DNA of 63,622 bases, the filler included, from Sanchytrium tribonematis (taxonomy: Eukaryota): assembly GCA_018985235.1 (NCBI GenBank). It is 7 parts of 7 records of this genome, joined end to end, with 100 filler letters (N's around TTAATTAATTAA, not from the genome) between each part and the next. Parts side by side here need not be neighbours in the genome. Positions count along the whole stretch, not along the records: positions 1 to 28,844 come from JADGIG010000056.1; 6 more parts are not named here. The stretch is one strand, 5' to 3'. How positions within the stretch are numbered: position 1 is the first letter of the stretch; every line of letters starts with the position of its first letter. The notes under the pieces are model-generated. The model was not told where the DNA came from, made no database searches, and saw only the letters and a list, made by a program, of their open reading frames with translations. Of this stretch, positions 1 through 10,590 are shown piece by piece. Made by a program: the position numbers and the translations under genes.

Positions 1-208
1 CCAAGGACAGAATCACTACTGTACAAAAAATTTATCCCAATTTAGGCTACACCACGCTAGTGTATGTCATTGATATATATATTCAATTTGCGCAAAGTAG
101 AACTCTTATCGAATAAAATCACGTGTTCAATATCGTAATTTGCAAAAAATATTTTAATTTCATTGTCTTGTAGTATATCCCCTTGACACATCATTGTTCT
201 GTTACAAA

Positions 209-725
209 ATGGCCAAGAAGAAGGTGCGTGAAGAAGAAGAGACTTACGAAGTAGAAAACATTGTTGATCATAAAAATGACAAAGGAAAAGTTGTATATCT
301 TGTAAAGTGGAAAGGCTACGATTCAGGAGACAATACCTGGGAGTATGAAAAAAATCTATCCGGTTGCCCAGAGCTTTTAAAAGAGTATAAAAAAGTTGCT
401 AATATTGGCCAAGAAAAGCAAAAATCTGTTAGTAAGTCTAGTCCCAAAAAGCGCAAAAGTGCAGCAAGTAATGCCAGTCCTAAGAAGCGAAAATCCACTA
501 GTAGATCCAAATTTACAGATGACGATGTTTTGATGATTAGCAATATGGATAGATTGGAAAATGGAGAAATTGAGTGTCTCATAATATTTAAGGACACAAA
601 TGATGAGGTAGCACTGCCATTGTCTGTAGTTCGATTTAATGCTCCGCAAAAGTACTTTAAATTTATATAGAGTCATCGATTTTTTTGAGTCGCATTTAAA
701 ATTCACGGAGGAGTATACTGAATAA
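209..725 (+). CDS. HP1/Swi6-like chromodomain + chromoshadow protein; exons 209-651, 671-725
   Basis: N-terminal chromodomain (YEVENIVDH..YLVKWKGYDSGDNTWE). Removing the 19-nt intron 652-670 restores the chromoshadow C-terminus PQKVIDFFESHLKF. Confidence 0.88.
652..670 (+). other. 19-nt spliceosomal intron GTACTTTAAATTTATATAG
   Basis: GT..AG ends; removal skips the in-frame TAG and completes a conserved chromoshadow motif. Confidence 0.88.
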
Positions 726-743
726 ATATGCTCATTTCTGCCA

Positions 744-995
744 TTACTCATTCTTATTTATTAGCTCTTCTACAAGTCTAAAGACTTCTATATCAACTTC
801 AGGCTCATTCAAGTGATCGGCTACAATAAATTGTTTTTGATACTTTTTACCCAATTTTTTTGCTAGGTTTCCATTGTTACCAAATAAATCTGTTGAATTA
901 TTTTTAATGCCTACGGATAAGTTGGATATGTTCTGACCACTCTCACCAATATATATGAAGAAGGAATCATTTGAAATTTTTACTATGTCGATCAT
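744..995 (-). CDS. Small protein, possibly proteasome assembly chaperone 4 (PAC4/PSMG4)-like
   Basis: SFFIYIG..LSVGI..ST.L..LAKKLGKKYQKQFIV pattern resembles PAC4. Confidence 0.45.
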   Translation of the reverse strand: MIDIVKISNDSFFIYIGESGQNISNLSVGIKNNSTDLFGNNGNLAKKLGKKYQKQFIVADHLNEPEVDIEVFRLVEELINKNE

Positions 996-1023
996 TAAAA
1001 TTCAAATTTGGGTGAATCAAGGG

Positions 1024-2889
1024 ATGTTTTTGAACAAAACTGTGATTGTTGTCGGTGGAGGGCACGCTGGAATCGAGGCGGCTTGTGCGTCTGCCCGTAT
1101 TGGATGTAAGACTATACTTGTCACTCACAAGATAGATACAATAGGTGTAAACAGTTGCAATCCTAGCTGGGGTGGCCTTGGAAAAGGTATTTTGGTCCGT
1201 GAAATTGATGCATTGGATGGTGTTTGTGCTGATTTGGCTGATCGTAGTGGAATCAGATTCACTGTTTTGAATCGCTCCAAAGGTAATGCTGTGCACGGGC
1301 CAAGAGTCAGTGTCGACAGACAATTATACCAAAAATTCGCTCTAGCAAAAATTAAAAATTATCCAAATTTAGAGTTACTTGAAGGTAGCGTAGATGACTT
1401 GATATGCACAAAACTGGACGATAAGGTACTTGGAATAAAATTGTCCAGTGGACAAGAAATTCGCAGTGACTCAATTGTAATTGCGACTGGAACATTTCTT
1501 CAGGGTAGAATTCAAATCGGTTTAAAGTCTTTTGCAGCTGGTCGAATGGGTGATGCACCCTCTCTCAAATTATCTGGTACATTTCAAAGAATGCAACTGA
1601 AACTCTCAAGATTGCGAACTGGTACACCACCGCGACTTTCGAAAAAGAGTATTAATTTTAAGGTATTGCAAAATAATTATGGCGAGATTCCTCCTGAACC
1701 ACTAAGCTTTCTCACTGCATACATAACTCAAAAACAAGTTCAATCGTATCTGACCTGTACTAATCAAAAAACTCATGAAATAATTTTAAATAATATGCAC
1801 GAAAATACACATGTGACTCAAGAAGTTAAGGGACCTAGATATTGCCCCAGTCTGGAGTCCAAGGTTCTTAAATTTCCGCATAAATCAAATCATCATATAT
1901 GGCTGGAACCTGAAGGAATGTCATCCGATATTATATATCCTAATGGAATGTCAATGACTTTCTCAGAAGATATCCAACAAAAAATAGTCCAATCTGTAAA
2001 AGGACTAGGTAAAGCTGAGATTTTAAGGCCAGGATATGGTGTCACATATGATTTTGTGGATCCTAGACAATTAAAACACTCCCTTCAAGTTAAAAAAGTA
2101 GAAGGTTTATACCTAGCAGGTCAAATTAATGGAACTACAGGATATGAAGAAGCTGCCTGTCAAGGAATTATTGCAGGTGCTAATGCCGCTCTTTCTGCTT
2201 CAAGACGCCCGGAATTCATAATCGATAGATATGAGGGTTTGACAGGCGTGTTGATTGACGATTTGGTCACTAAAGGAGCTGATGAACCATATAGGATGTT
2301 CAGTTGTAGATCAGAAAACCGTTTATTTTTAAGAGCAGATAATGCGGATGCTCGCTTATCCAAAAAAGGTTTTGAAATTGGTTTAGTGGGCAATTCCCGT
2401 TTTGAGCTTACAGAAACAAAGTTGCAAAGGATCGAAAGGATTATCAGAGTCATGACTTCAATTGTCAAGACCCCTCACCAATGGCACGATCTTGGCCTCA
2501 ATATAGTCAGTTTAGATGGCAAAAGTAGGTCTTTGTATGAAATCTATGGTCCTTACCAAGTTTCAAACTTTTTGTTGTTTAAAGCATTTCCAGAATTTGC
2601 TACTTCAAATTTAAAAGATCTTAACCAAATTCGGATTTCTTCTAAGTATCATTCCTATATTACAAAGCTTGAAAAGGAATACGTTTATGTGAGAAAAGAA
2701 AAAAACTTCGTTCTTCCTGATATTGATTACTCTAAATTAAATTCTTTAAGTAATGAAGAAAAGGAAAAATTGTCTGCCGTAAAACCGAAAAGACTGAGAC
2801 AAATTAGCGAAATTTCTGGCTTATCTGAAAGATCAGCAGCAATTGTTTACAAATATGTTAAACAAAATCATAATCGATTAAATTTATGA
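1024..2889 (+). CDS. MTO1: Mitochondrial tRNA modification enzyme MTO1 (GidA/MnmG family)
   Basis: VIVVGGGHAGIEAA, SCNPSWGGLGKG, TGTPPRL, GPRYCPSLE and AGQINGTTGYEEAA motifs. Confidence 0.96.
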   Translation: MFLNKTVIVVGGGHAGIEAACASARIGCKTILVTHKIDTIGVNSCNPSWGGLGKGILVREIDALDGVCADLADRSGIRFTVLNRSKGNAVHGPRVSVDRQLYQKFALAKIKNYPNLELLEGSVDDLICTKLDDKVLGIKLSSGQEIRSDSIVIATGTFLQGRIQIGLKSFAAGRMGDAPSLKLSGTFQRMQLKLSRLRTGTPPRLSKKSINFKVLQNNYGEIPPEPLSFLTAYITQKQVQSYLTCTNQKTHEIILNNMHENTHVTQEVKGPRYCPSLESKVLKFPHKSNHHIWLEPEGMSSDIIYPNGMSMTFSEDIQQKIVQSVKGLGKAEILRPGYGVTYDFVDPRQLKHSLQVKKVEGLYLAGQINGTTGYEEAACQGIIAGANAALSASRRPEFIIDRYEGLTGVLIDDLVTKGADEPYRMFSCRSENRLFLRADNADARLSKKGFEIGLVGNSRFELTETKLQRIERIIRVMTSIVKTPHQWHDLGLNIVSLDGKSRSLYEIYGPYQVSNFLLFKAFPEFATSNLKDLNQIRISSKYHSYITKLEKEYVYVRKEKNFVLPDIDYSKLNSLSNEEKEKLSAVKPKRLRQISEISGLSERSAAIVYKYVKQNHNRLNL

Positions 2890-3921
2890 AGACTCTACAG
2901 GGATGTAGAAATTTACAGGAACATCTTCAAGTACTCCTGCCATTGTATCTCTTAGTCGTACTGCAACAAGTTTGTGAAGATACTCAACAAAGGAAACAGC
3001 CTGGAGCTGAACAATAGAGCATTCGCCTGGCTTCAGTACGATTTTCACCCTTAATGCAGAGGGATGCAACTTGATCAAAGATCCGCTTATATCTGTGGAA
3101 TTCAATACTTCAACAGGGTTATAGCACGTGCACGTATGAACATAAGTTGTGCTTTTACTTGTTTCTCCCACATAATTGAGCTCAGATTCTGTTATCAATT
3201 GTTCAATTTTGTAAGATTGTATGGTTTCCGTAAAATTTATCAGCTTGAATTCCAAAGTAAACAAACTGTTCTTTTTTGCTGCACCTAAAAGATTTAAGCC
3301 TATTGTGATTTTTTTGGAACTAAATTTTAGAGACTTCAGATTACAACTGAGATTTACCATTTGATTTGATTTGTAGCGTGAAGTAAAATCCATCACCCAT
3401 AACCTTAGCTTAAATTTACAATCGTCTTCCAATTGAACTAACATTGATATTTCTTTGCTGATGCTCTTACTGGTGAACACATCCCCTTTTGAAAAGGAAA
3501 TTCCATTTTCAACCCAGTCGAAGTTTTGAAGAGCCTCTATATAAATTTTGTTTGTATCGCCATAGACTTTTACAAACGGAATCACTTTAATTTTTACTTC
3601 CAATTTATCTTTTTCATATATCGCCATGGAAAATAATTTTTCTAATTCCAAGATGCTTTTGGAATTGTGCAAATTTTTATGTTTTAATGTCACTACAATA
3701 TCAAACGCTTCCTCGTGCACTATATCTGATGGAATGTCCCACAAAATTTTGATCAAATAATTATCTTTATCGATTGATTCTTCAGAATATTTCAAAGTAA
3801 GATCTAATTTAGTCTGCTCTGTCTCAGCTTCTATCAAATACTCATTGTATGAATCCGGTTTCTTAAATCTAAGTTGTATTGGCTCTCCCAGGAAGATAGG
3901 TGATTTTATAGCACTGAGCAT
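2884..3921 (-). CDS. Possible TRAPP II subunit Trs65-like protein
   Basis: 345-aa ORF; the C-terminal FTLEFKLIN...LKPGECSIVQLQ...VAVRLRD resembles the Trs65 C-terminal domain. Confidence 0.45.
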   Translation of the reverse strand: MLSAIKSPIFLGEPIQLRFKKPDSYNEYLIEAETEQTKLDLTLKYSEESIDKDNYLIKILWDIPSDIVHEEAFDIVVTLKHKNLHNSKSILELEKLFSMAIYEKDKLEVKIKVIPFVKVYGDTNKIYIEALQNFDWVENGISFSKGDVFTSKSISKEISMLVQLEDDCKFKLRLWVMDFTSRYKSNQMVNLSCNLKSLKFSSKKITIGLNLLGAAKKNSLFTLEFKLINFTETIQSYKIEQLITESELNYVGETSKSTTYVHTCTCYNPVEVLNSTDISGSLIKLHPSALRVKIVLKPGECSIVQLQAVSFVEYLHKLVAVRLRDTMAGVLEDVPVNFYIPVESS

Positions 3922-3970
3922 GTTTTAATTACCCCAATTTATTTTTCTTGGATAAAAAGAACACTTTGGT

Positions 3971-4388
3971 TCAAGATGTGAGAGATTGATCATTTGTTTT
4001 TAGATCTTCTTCTAACTATGTAAGTCCAAATTACAGATTCATTGTGCATCGATGACCTCAGCAATTGGTATAAAATAGGTTCTTTTGAAGAACTTATTTT
4101 CCTTTGATTATCTTCAAATTGTTCTGGGAGAGTGTTTGTCTCTGTGCTAAATACCTGTAGCGTATATGCGAGATCAAAATGTTGCAAAAATTCATAAATA
4201 ACAGCTAGACCCATTTTTCCCATTTCAGAATTGGTAAATGTATTTGAAGCTTGTAAGTTCTTTTCATTCTTTAAGATTTTGTAGATTTTTGCTCTTAATT
4301 CTGCCTTAGATTTGGCTAATTCACCACTCTCAGCTAAACTTTTTAGTATTTTCTGCTGCATTTCCAATATTTCATCATTTTCATTCAT
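3971..4388 (-). CDS. FOP/FGFR1OP (CEP43/CEP20)-like LisH protein; exons 4388-4035, 4015-3971
   Basis: LAESGELAKSKAELRAKIY and VIYEFLQHFDLAYTLQVFSTET motifs; candidate 19-nt intron 4016-4034. Confidence 0.8.
4016..4034 (-). other. 19-nt intron GTAATTTGGACTTACATAG
   Basis: GT..AG, A at -6, same consensus as the other tiny introns. Splicing gives the acidic tail LEEDLKTNDQSLTS. Confidence 0.65.
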
Positions 4389-4494
4389 GTTTCAAGTTTT
4401 CTATGTTGACTCCGAATCAATATTAATTACGGCATAGGAGCTGCTTCTGGTATTTTCTAGCCTTCGCAGATATTTTATCTGAAATCAAATTTAT

Positions 4495-5303
4495 TTATCC
4501 AATGGGATGTTCCGCGTTTGAATTTGAGGCATTTCGATGTGACCATTGTCTTGGTTGAAGTGCTTCAAACAGGGAAGTGTTAAGTCTGTCAAATTGGAAC
4601 GTTTTTAATTTAACAGCTTCATGAGTTTAAAATTACGCTCTTTTAAATTTGGAAAGTATCTCAGAATTGAGGGTATGCGTTCTGGTTGAAGAACCTCATC
4701 TAAAGTCAATTTTTGTATATATAAGAGCGGCTTCATATGATTAGGTATCACAAACTGAGTAAAATCCAATTCAATGATATTTGGGTTGTCATTTAAGTTG
4801 AGAATTCCAAGAGTCAAAGCATTTTCGGAGCTTCTACGTTGACCTCCTAAAATAAGGCATTTAAGTTTTTTAAAGTACATCAGGTTCTTAAAAATCACAC
4901 CTGGTCTACTCGCTTCAAGTTTAAGTTTCTCCAATTTAGGAAGCGCTTCTCCAAGGTCTTTTAATTGATCTTGGAAATCCCTGTTATCTGGCGCAATTAA
5001 GATTTCCAAGGTCTCAATATTTGAAAAACCATCTAAATATTTGATAAGAACAATCAAATCCTGTGTGGTAGAGCCTAATCCTGGAGAAAATCCAGTCACC
5101 ACCAGCTCCTTCACCCACAATTTATAATCATAAAAATTTTGCCTCTTTCTAGACAGCAAGAATATTTGTTGCTGAACCACATGTTTGTAGTAAGATTTCA
5201 AATATTCTCCCGTGAGAAATTTGTTAACTAGATAGCAGTCTTTCATGCCATTAAAGCTTGAGATATGTGAGATTAACTCCATTGGCAAAAAGGGTTGAGT
5301 CAT
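4495..5303 (-). CDS. F-box/LRR-like protein; unspliced ORF ends at 4605, candidate 20-nt intron 4617-4636 extends it to 4495
   Basis: N-terminal LPMELISHISSF F-box-like motif and LRR-like repeats (LPKLEKLKL, FKKLKCLIL, FPNLKE). Confidence 0.55.
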
Positions 5304-5344
5304 GTTGTGTAACAAGGGAAGAATGCCCAACCGCCACAAAAAGA

Positions 5345-8300
5345 TCATTTTTTATTAATAAAATTCTTATTTTTTGACTTAAAAACCATCAAAACTTCAT
5401 CCCTAGTTAATCCTGGTGTAGACAACAATCGAGATATAGCAGACATTGCATACTCTAGTGACTTAATGGTAAATCTATCCAGCACTTCTTCATACGACAT
5501 TTTCGCAAATTTAATATACTCAACCAAATTTTCTTGCGTCACAATTTTCATTTTAGTATCAAAAATATTTTTTCCAGCCGAATCTTTTGTAATCTCTAAT
5601 AACTCTGCCATTGTTCTTTTTTCTCCTGTTGGGAGCTCTTCAATCATCTTCAGTAGTGCAAAGATAGTGCAGCTTGTGTTTAATAAAGCATCTGACTTGT
5701 TTTTTAAAGTAAATAAGCCAGATTTGTTCTTAAATTTAAGGTAGTGTCTGTAATCATTAATGTTGTAATAGTAAACATTGTATTTTCCACACATTTCATC
5801 TGGAGTTATATAAAATTTCAAGACTTCTTGAGTTTGATCGAAGATATGAAAAGCTTCCTCAATTTTATCATTAAACTCCAGTAATCTTGCCATAAAGTAA
5901 TTTGCACGATATTGCCAGTTTTCGGTGTCCTCCAGCAAAAGTCTTTTGATAGAATTGATGCAAAATTCATAAAGATTGTCAGAAGTTTTCAAAAGTTGAC
6001 AAATCTCAGGATCTTGGGCACCATTGGCATATTTGCCACACAAGTAATAGAACTTTATCCTGTAGTCCAATGGCACCTCTAAACCTGCCATATATTCAAG
6101 AAGGGCAATATTGTAAGTATGCTTGAGGATTTGCTTAAGCTTAATAAACTTTTCCAAATCAGTAATGGCATGACAGTCTAAACTGTGTGATTCAAAATCG
6201 TAATACATCTCATTATCGAATTTTAAAACTTTGTTCGCCGAATCAACAAAATTAAAAGGAGACGCTTTTGACAAAAGATGCAACGACTGAAAACATTTTA
6301 AGCGGAGACCGTTAAATTTCTTATATGTGGCAATCATTTGATTTGAGTCCTTGAGTAGCAGTGAAGGATCTTGAGAAAGAAGTCCTATCAACTTCACAGC
6401 GTAACAGTGCCCCAATATTTCTTTCACTTGGATGTGAAGATAACCGGAACGCAAAATATTTTCAGCAATCGGTATGACAGAGCTTACTTCCTGCAAGTAA
6501 TTTTGACTGGGATGCTTAAATATCGAAAATTGCTTCTTATATATATTTTGAAGCTTGGAATACATCTCCAAACTACTCAATAACCCCAAAAACGCTGTAT
6601 TTTTGACGTTTTTAAGTGCTTGTCGTAAGAATCTCATAGACTCACTTGAAAATGAACAAGGTGCATACCCATTGAAATCTAGAATTGGCAAAGTCTCCAA
6701 GAATTGAATAACAGGTCCAGCATTGGTCAATCTATGTTTTTCTTGCACAAAATCATGCAGTTTTTCTTCAAATATATTACTTTGATAATAGCAACAAAGT
6801 ACAATCTTTTTGTTTAAAGTATTGCACTGTTTAAGCAGACAGTCTATACCTTGGTATGCATCTTGTAACAAGTGGCAAAGATCACTTGCATTTAGATAAT
6901 CATGAAGAGATTCAAATATCTGAATGTCTTGTCGCAAGAGTACAATGACAAATTTCTTGAATATTTGAACCATTTGCAAGCTAACAATTTCTTGAGGATG
7001 GCATCGAAGTACATAAAACAAATAGAATTTTAATCTGTTTTTCACGCTTGTTTCTAATTTTTCAAAAAAATTTAATAAATAAAGTATAACATCATTTAAA
7101 ATCACATGATGATAAAAACCGCTTAAATTAGATTCTTGAAGAACCTTTACACAATAAGACAAAAGACTGGGCCTCGCGTCTAAAGACCTGATCAAGTCGA
7201 TGTTTCTCACATCTTCAACAATAATAGGTGAAATTTCCAATTTCCAATTTTTGATATTTTTGATGTATCGAGTATTAACAGATTTTGTGAAATGGTCATA
7301 GACAACGTCATTATACAGTGACAAATATTTTGGATCATTATCAATTTGCTGAAAAATGTGAGCGCAAAGTGAGTAATAATAATCTTGGAAGAAAGGATGA
7401 ATTGTGGGGATTCGCTCTTGCTGAACAAAAGTAAATATTTTAACAATAGATTTCATTAAAAATTCGCAAATCTCAAAGTTTAAGCTCAAATTTGGAAACA
7501 AAGAGAGAATTTCCGCATAGCATTGATATTTAATTCCTAATTTGGTAACGCAAAGGACTAAATCTGCAAGTGTTTTAGATTCAGAAATTTTCAATAGTTC
7601 TTCGGAATTGAGATCGATTTCTTCTATGGATTTGAAAGAAATGCACCAATTATAAAAATCACTTTTGGTACTAAACTTTTTTTTATGAAATTGTTTGTAA
7701 TTGTTTAAAACTTGAGAAATGTATTCTTTGTAATTAAAATCTTGATAATTGCCTGACTCTAAAGTTTGAATTTCAAAACCAGACACTGCCACCAATTCCC
7801 AAAATCTATTAGGTTCCAGTATAGGGTCTGCTTGCTTTAATCTTTTGGAAGATCGAATTCCAACCATTTCGCTGTTTTCATCGTCTTCGGATGTGTCCAT
7901 CTTTTCAATAATTTTATATTCAATTTGAACAAGCGTCTTCATATCATTCGATTTGCACAAGTCAAAGACTTTCTTAAATAATTTCGACAAATTATTATCT
8001 ATAGTAAAAGAGACTTCGGGTTTTACTTCAATATCCTTCTTCGTGAATTCGCTGGCATCAGAAATCAATGACTTAACAATTGGTGAATATTTGGTTTTGA
8101 CATCCTCAAACTCAATTTTTGACAAACAATATTTGGCAATACTTGGATACTTTAAAAGAATCGCTTTCTGAAGCATAGTGCAATATATGCTAGATAATTG
8201 CCTTATTTTTAAAGCTTCTAATGAATAGAAAATTGATTTGTCATCTTCTAAAAATTCCCCCAAAAATTTGTAAATTGAAAATAGCAAATCTGTATTGTCA

Positions 8301-8425
8301 GAACATTCATTGACTAAATATTCCAACGTTTCTGTATCTCTGTTTTGTGCCGCATTTAAAAACTTTGAGTAAAGATCTTCAGAAACGGGTTTACTTTCGC
8401 CAACTGAATTAAAAGCGACAAACAT
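5345..8425 (-). CDS. Histone transcription regulator Hir3/CABIN1-like helical repeat protein
   Basis: 1026-aa ORF; MFVAFN N-terminus, RSSKRLK segment and WQYRANYFMARL segment resemble Hir3/Cabin1. Confidence 0.55.
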   Translation of the reverse strand: MFVAFNSVGESKPVSEDLYSKFLNAAQNRDTETLEYLVNECSDNTDLLFSIYKFLGEFLEDDKSIFYSLEALKIRQLSSIYCTMLQKAILLKYPSIAKYCLSKIEFEDVKTKYSPIVKSLISDASEFTKKDIEVKPEVSFTIDNNLSKLFKKVFDLCKSNDMKTLVQIEYKIIEKMDTSEDDENSEMVGIRSSKRLKQADPILEPNRFWELVAVSGFEIQTLESGNYQDFNYKEYISQVLNNYKQFHKKKFSTKSDFYNWCISFKSIEEIDLNSEELLKISESKTLADLVLCVTKLGIKYQCYAEILSLFPNLSLNFEICEFLMKSIVKIFTFVQQERIPTIHPFFQDYYYSLCAHIFQQIDNDPKYLSLYNDVVYDHFTKSVNTRYIKNIKNWKLEISPIIVEDVRNIDLIRSLDARPSLLSYCVKVLQESNLSGFYHHVILNDVILYLLNFFEKLETSVKNRLKFYLFYVLRCHPQEIVSLQMVQIFKKFVIVLLRQDIQIFESLHDYLNASDLCHLLQDAYQGIDCLLKQCNTLNKKIVLCCYYQSNIFEEKLHDFVQEKHRLTNAGPVIQFLETLPILDFNGYAPCSFSSESMRFLRQALKNVKNTAFLGLLSSLEMYSKLQNIYKKQFSIFKHPSQNYLQEVSSVIPIAENILRSGYLHIQVKEILGHCYAVKLIGLLSQDPSLLLKDSNQMIATYKKFNGLRLKCFQSLHLLSKASPFNFVDSANKVLKFDNEMYYDFESHSLDCHAITDLEKFIKLKQILKHTYNIALLEYMAGLEVPLDYRIKFYYLCGKYANGAQDPEICQLLKTSDNLYEFCINSIKRLLLEDTENWQYRANYFMARLLEFNDKIEEAFHIFDQTQEVLKFYITPDEMCGKYNVYYYNINDYRHYLKFKNKSGLFTLKNKSDALLNTSCTIFALLKMIEELPTGEKRTMAELLEITKDSAGKNIFDTKMKIVTQENLVEYIKFAKMSYEEVLDRFTIKSLEYAMSAISRLLSTPGLTRDEVLMVFKSKNKNFINKK

Positions 8426-8442
8426 CCGTGTTTAAAAAAGTA

Positions 8443-9285
8443 TTAATTCACAATTTTATTACCTCCCCAAATTCCTTTTAAATATGCAAATTCATCAGGT
8501 ATAGCAGAGTGGGTTGCATCATTGTACCGGACCCAAGGGTGTGAAATGTGTTTTTGATGTTCTTCTTGTGAGCAAGTTTCGCAGGCGTCAACATTACATT
8601 TTGAGCAGTGATATCGAACTCCAATAATTGGATCTATATTGCAAATCTCGCACATGAACCCATAATGAATGAGATCATGATTGACTGGTACCTCGTTTTT
8701 TTGATTGTCAGAAAATGAGACTGTCGATATTCCTAACATTTTGCTTGGCCTACCACGTTTCTTCTCAGATGTGGCTAAAGAATATCTTGCTCCTACTAAT
8801 GGCTTATTTTCCTTGACTAACTTCATATAAAACTTGTTTAGTTTGACTTGAATCTGTTTTTTAGACTTGGAAGGAAGATGTTTCGCAATTTGACCAAGTC
8901 TTTGTTTATGGTTTGTGCCAATCGGAAACTGAGCCAAGAGAGTTTTCTCAAATAATTCAGCTTCTTCATTCGTCCAATTAATTCGAATTTTTGTCTTTGG
9001 TGCTTTGACATTGCCATCTTTGTCTAGGTATTTCATTGAGTATTTTTTTACCAACTCAGGTGTCAAATTCGCTAAAACACTATCTATAGTATATAAGTTT
9101 GAGTGTCTATCAGGCAACTTTATTTCCTTTATTTTATTTGCAATTTCCTCGACATTCAAATTTTCCATATCAGCCCTTAATGAATGCAGATACTCAATGG
9201 ATTGTTTCAAAATGTCTTTTTGATATTGTATGCCTTTCAGAACTTCTACAAGTGAATTATAAGCAGCTTGATCGTCGGCCTGCAT
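8443..9285 (-). CDS. ZZZ3-like protein (SANT/Myb + ZZ zinc finger)
   Basis: WTNEEAELFEKTL..IAKHLPSKSKKQI Myb repeat; HYGFMCEICNIDPIIGVRYHCSKC..DACETC ZZ finger. Confidence 0.8.
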   Translation of the reverse strand: MQADDQAAYNSLVEVLKGIQYQKDILKQSIEYLHSLRADMENLNVEEIANKIKEIKLPDRHSNLYTIDSVLANLTPELVKKYSMKYLDKDGNVKAPKTKIRINWTNEEAELFEKTLLAQFPIGTNHKQRLGQIAKHLPSKSKKQIQVKLNKFYMKLVKENKPLVGARYSLATSEKKRGRPSKMLGISTVSFSDNQKNEVPVNHDLIHYGFMCEICNIDPIIGVRYHCSKCNVDACETCSQEEHQKHISHPWVRYNDATHSAIPDEFAYLKGIWGGNKIVN

Positions 9286-9330
9286 GGTTGGAGATTGTTG
9301 GAGATGTTTCAGTTACGTCAAAATTTGAGT

Positions 9331-10431
9331 TTATTTTTTCACAATTTGAACGACATCTTCGTCAAGTAAAATATGATCCTTGCCAACTTTTTGGGGGAAA
9401 TGTTTGACTGAAGATCCCCAAACAAGCGCATATTTAAATTCTTTGAGAATACTTTTATGGAGACAATTGCAAAAGTCTTCGATGGAACTTTTACCTGTTT
9501 TCATAACTATAGGAGACGTATAATCTGGTAGTTGACCCTTGGGCTTTGTGTATATTCTCACCAACTTCAATTCCTCCCACATTTTTTCCAGTAGCTCGTC
9601 CATATTCCATTCGTGATGAGCACTAATAGGTACACAGTGTGGTACTTTGGTCATTATATCGAGCTCTTCAATACTTATTTGATCAATTTTGTTCAAAACA
9701 TAGATCGCAGGGATATGAATTCTGTTTCCTTCTACAACATCCAAAAGGTCTTCTACAGTACAGTCTTCTTTAAACATAATATCTGCGTTGTGTATTTTAA
9801 ATTCAGAAAGAATAGCTTTTACTTGATCTAGATCAAGATGAGTGAGTGGCACTGTGTGTGTCATATTAATGCCGCCTTTTTCTTTTTTCTTAAAGTAGAC
9901 ATTTGGCGGTGCGCGATTTAACCTAATTCCGTATCCTTCCAATTCTTTTTCAATTAAGTGCTTATGAGTCAGTGGTTTGAGTGCATCCAAAACCAAAAAA
10001 ATCAGACTACAGGTCCTGGCGACAGCGATAACTTGTCTACCACGACCCTTTCCATCTTTTGCTCCCTCTATAATACCAGGCAAGTCCAGCATCTGAATTT
10101 TAGCCCCCTTATAGTGAATAACACCTGGAACCGTAGTCAATGTGGTAAATTCATAAGCGCCAACTTCCGAATGTGTGTTTGTAACTTTACCCATCAGTGT
10201 AGATTTGCCAACTGAGGGGAAGCCCACAAATCCTACTCTTGCAACACCAGTTTTAGCAACATCGAAACCGACGCCAGCACCCCCACCACTAGATTTTGAG
10301 TCCACTAATAATTCTTGTCTTAATTTTGCCAATTTTGCTTTTAAAATACCCAAATGCTTTGCTGTTGCTTTGTTTTTTTGAGTCCTAGCCATTTCGGCTT
10401 CAATTTCTTTTATTTTATCTACCGTAGACAT
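9331..10431 (-). CDS. RBG1: Developmentally regulated GTP-binding protein 1 (Rbg1/DRG1)
   Basis: [35 protein letters not shown] and a C-terminal TGS domain. Confidence 0.96.
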   Translation of the reverse strand: MSTVDKIKEIEAEMARTQKNKATAKHLGILKAKLAKLRQELLVDSKSSGGGAGVGFDVAKTGVARVGFVGFPSVGKSTLMGKVTNTHSEVGAYEFTTLTTVPGVIHYKGAKIQMLDLPGIIEGAKDGKGRGRQVIAVARTCSLIFLVLDALKPLTHKHLIEKELEGYGIRLNRAPPNVYFKKKEKGGINMTHTVPLTHLDLDQVKAILSEFKIHNADIMFKEDCTVEDLLDVVEGNRIHIPAIYVLNKIDQISIEELDIMTKVPHCVPISAHHEWNMDELLEKMWEELKLVRIYTKPKGQLPDYTSPIVMKTGKSSIEDFCNCLHKSILKEFKYALVWGSSVKHFPQKVGKDHILLDEDVVQIVKK

Positions 10432-10590
10432 TGTCAATCGTGTTTTATGGGGAAATCTATTTTGTTTATTAGTGTTTAATTCCCTCGCCCGACCCTGAAT
10501 GCGCGGTATCTCGGCTTACATATGTGGAAGAAAGACAAATTCAGAACCTTAAACCGCTAGAAATTGTGTTTATGAAAACCCCTTTTTAGC

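Noticed and set aside
10480..10560. GC-richer intergenic segment with CTGAAT/ATTCAG complementarity, as a possible ncRNA
   Set aside because: No tRNA, snRNA or snoRNA motif could be identified; needs an Infernal search.
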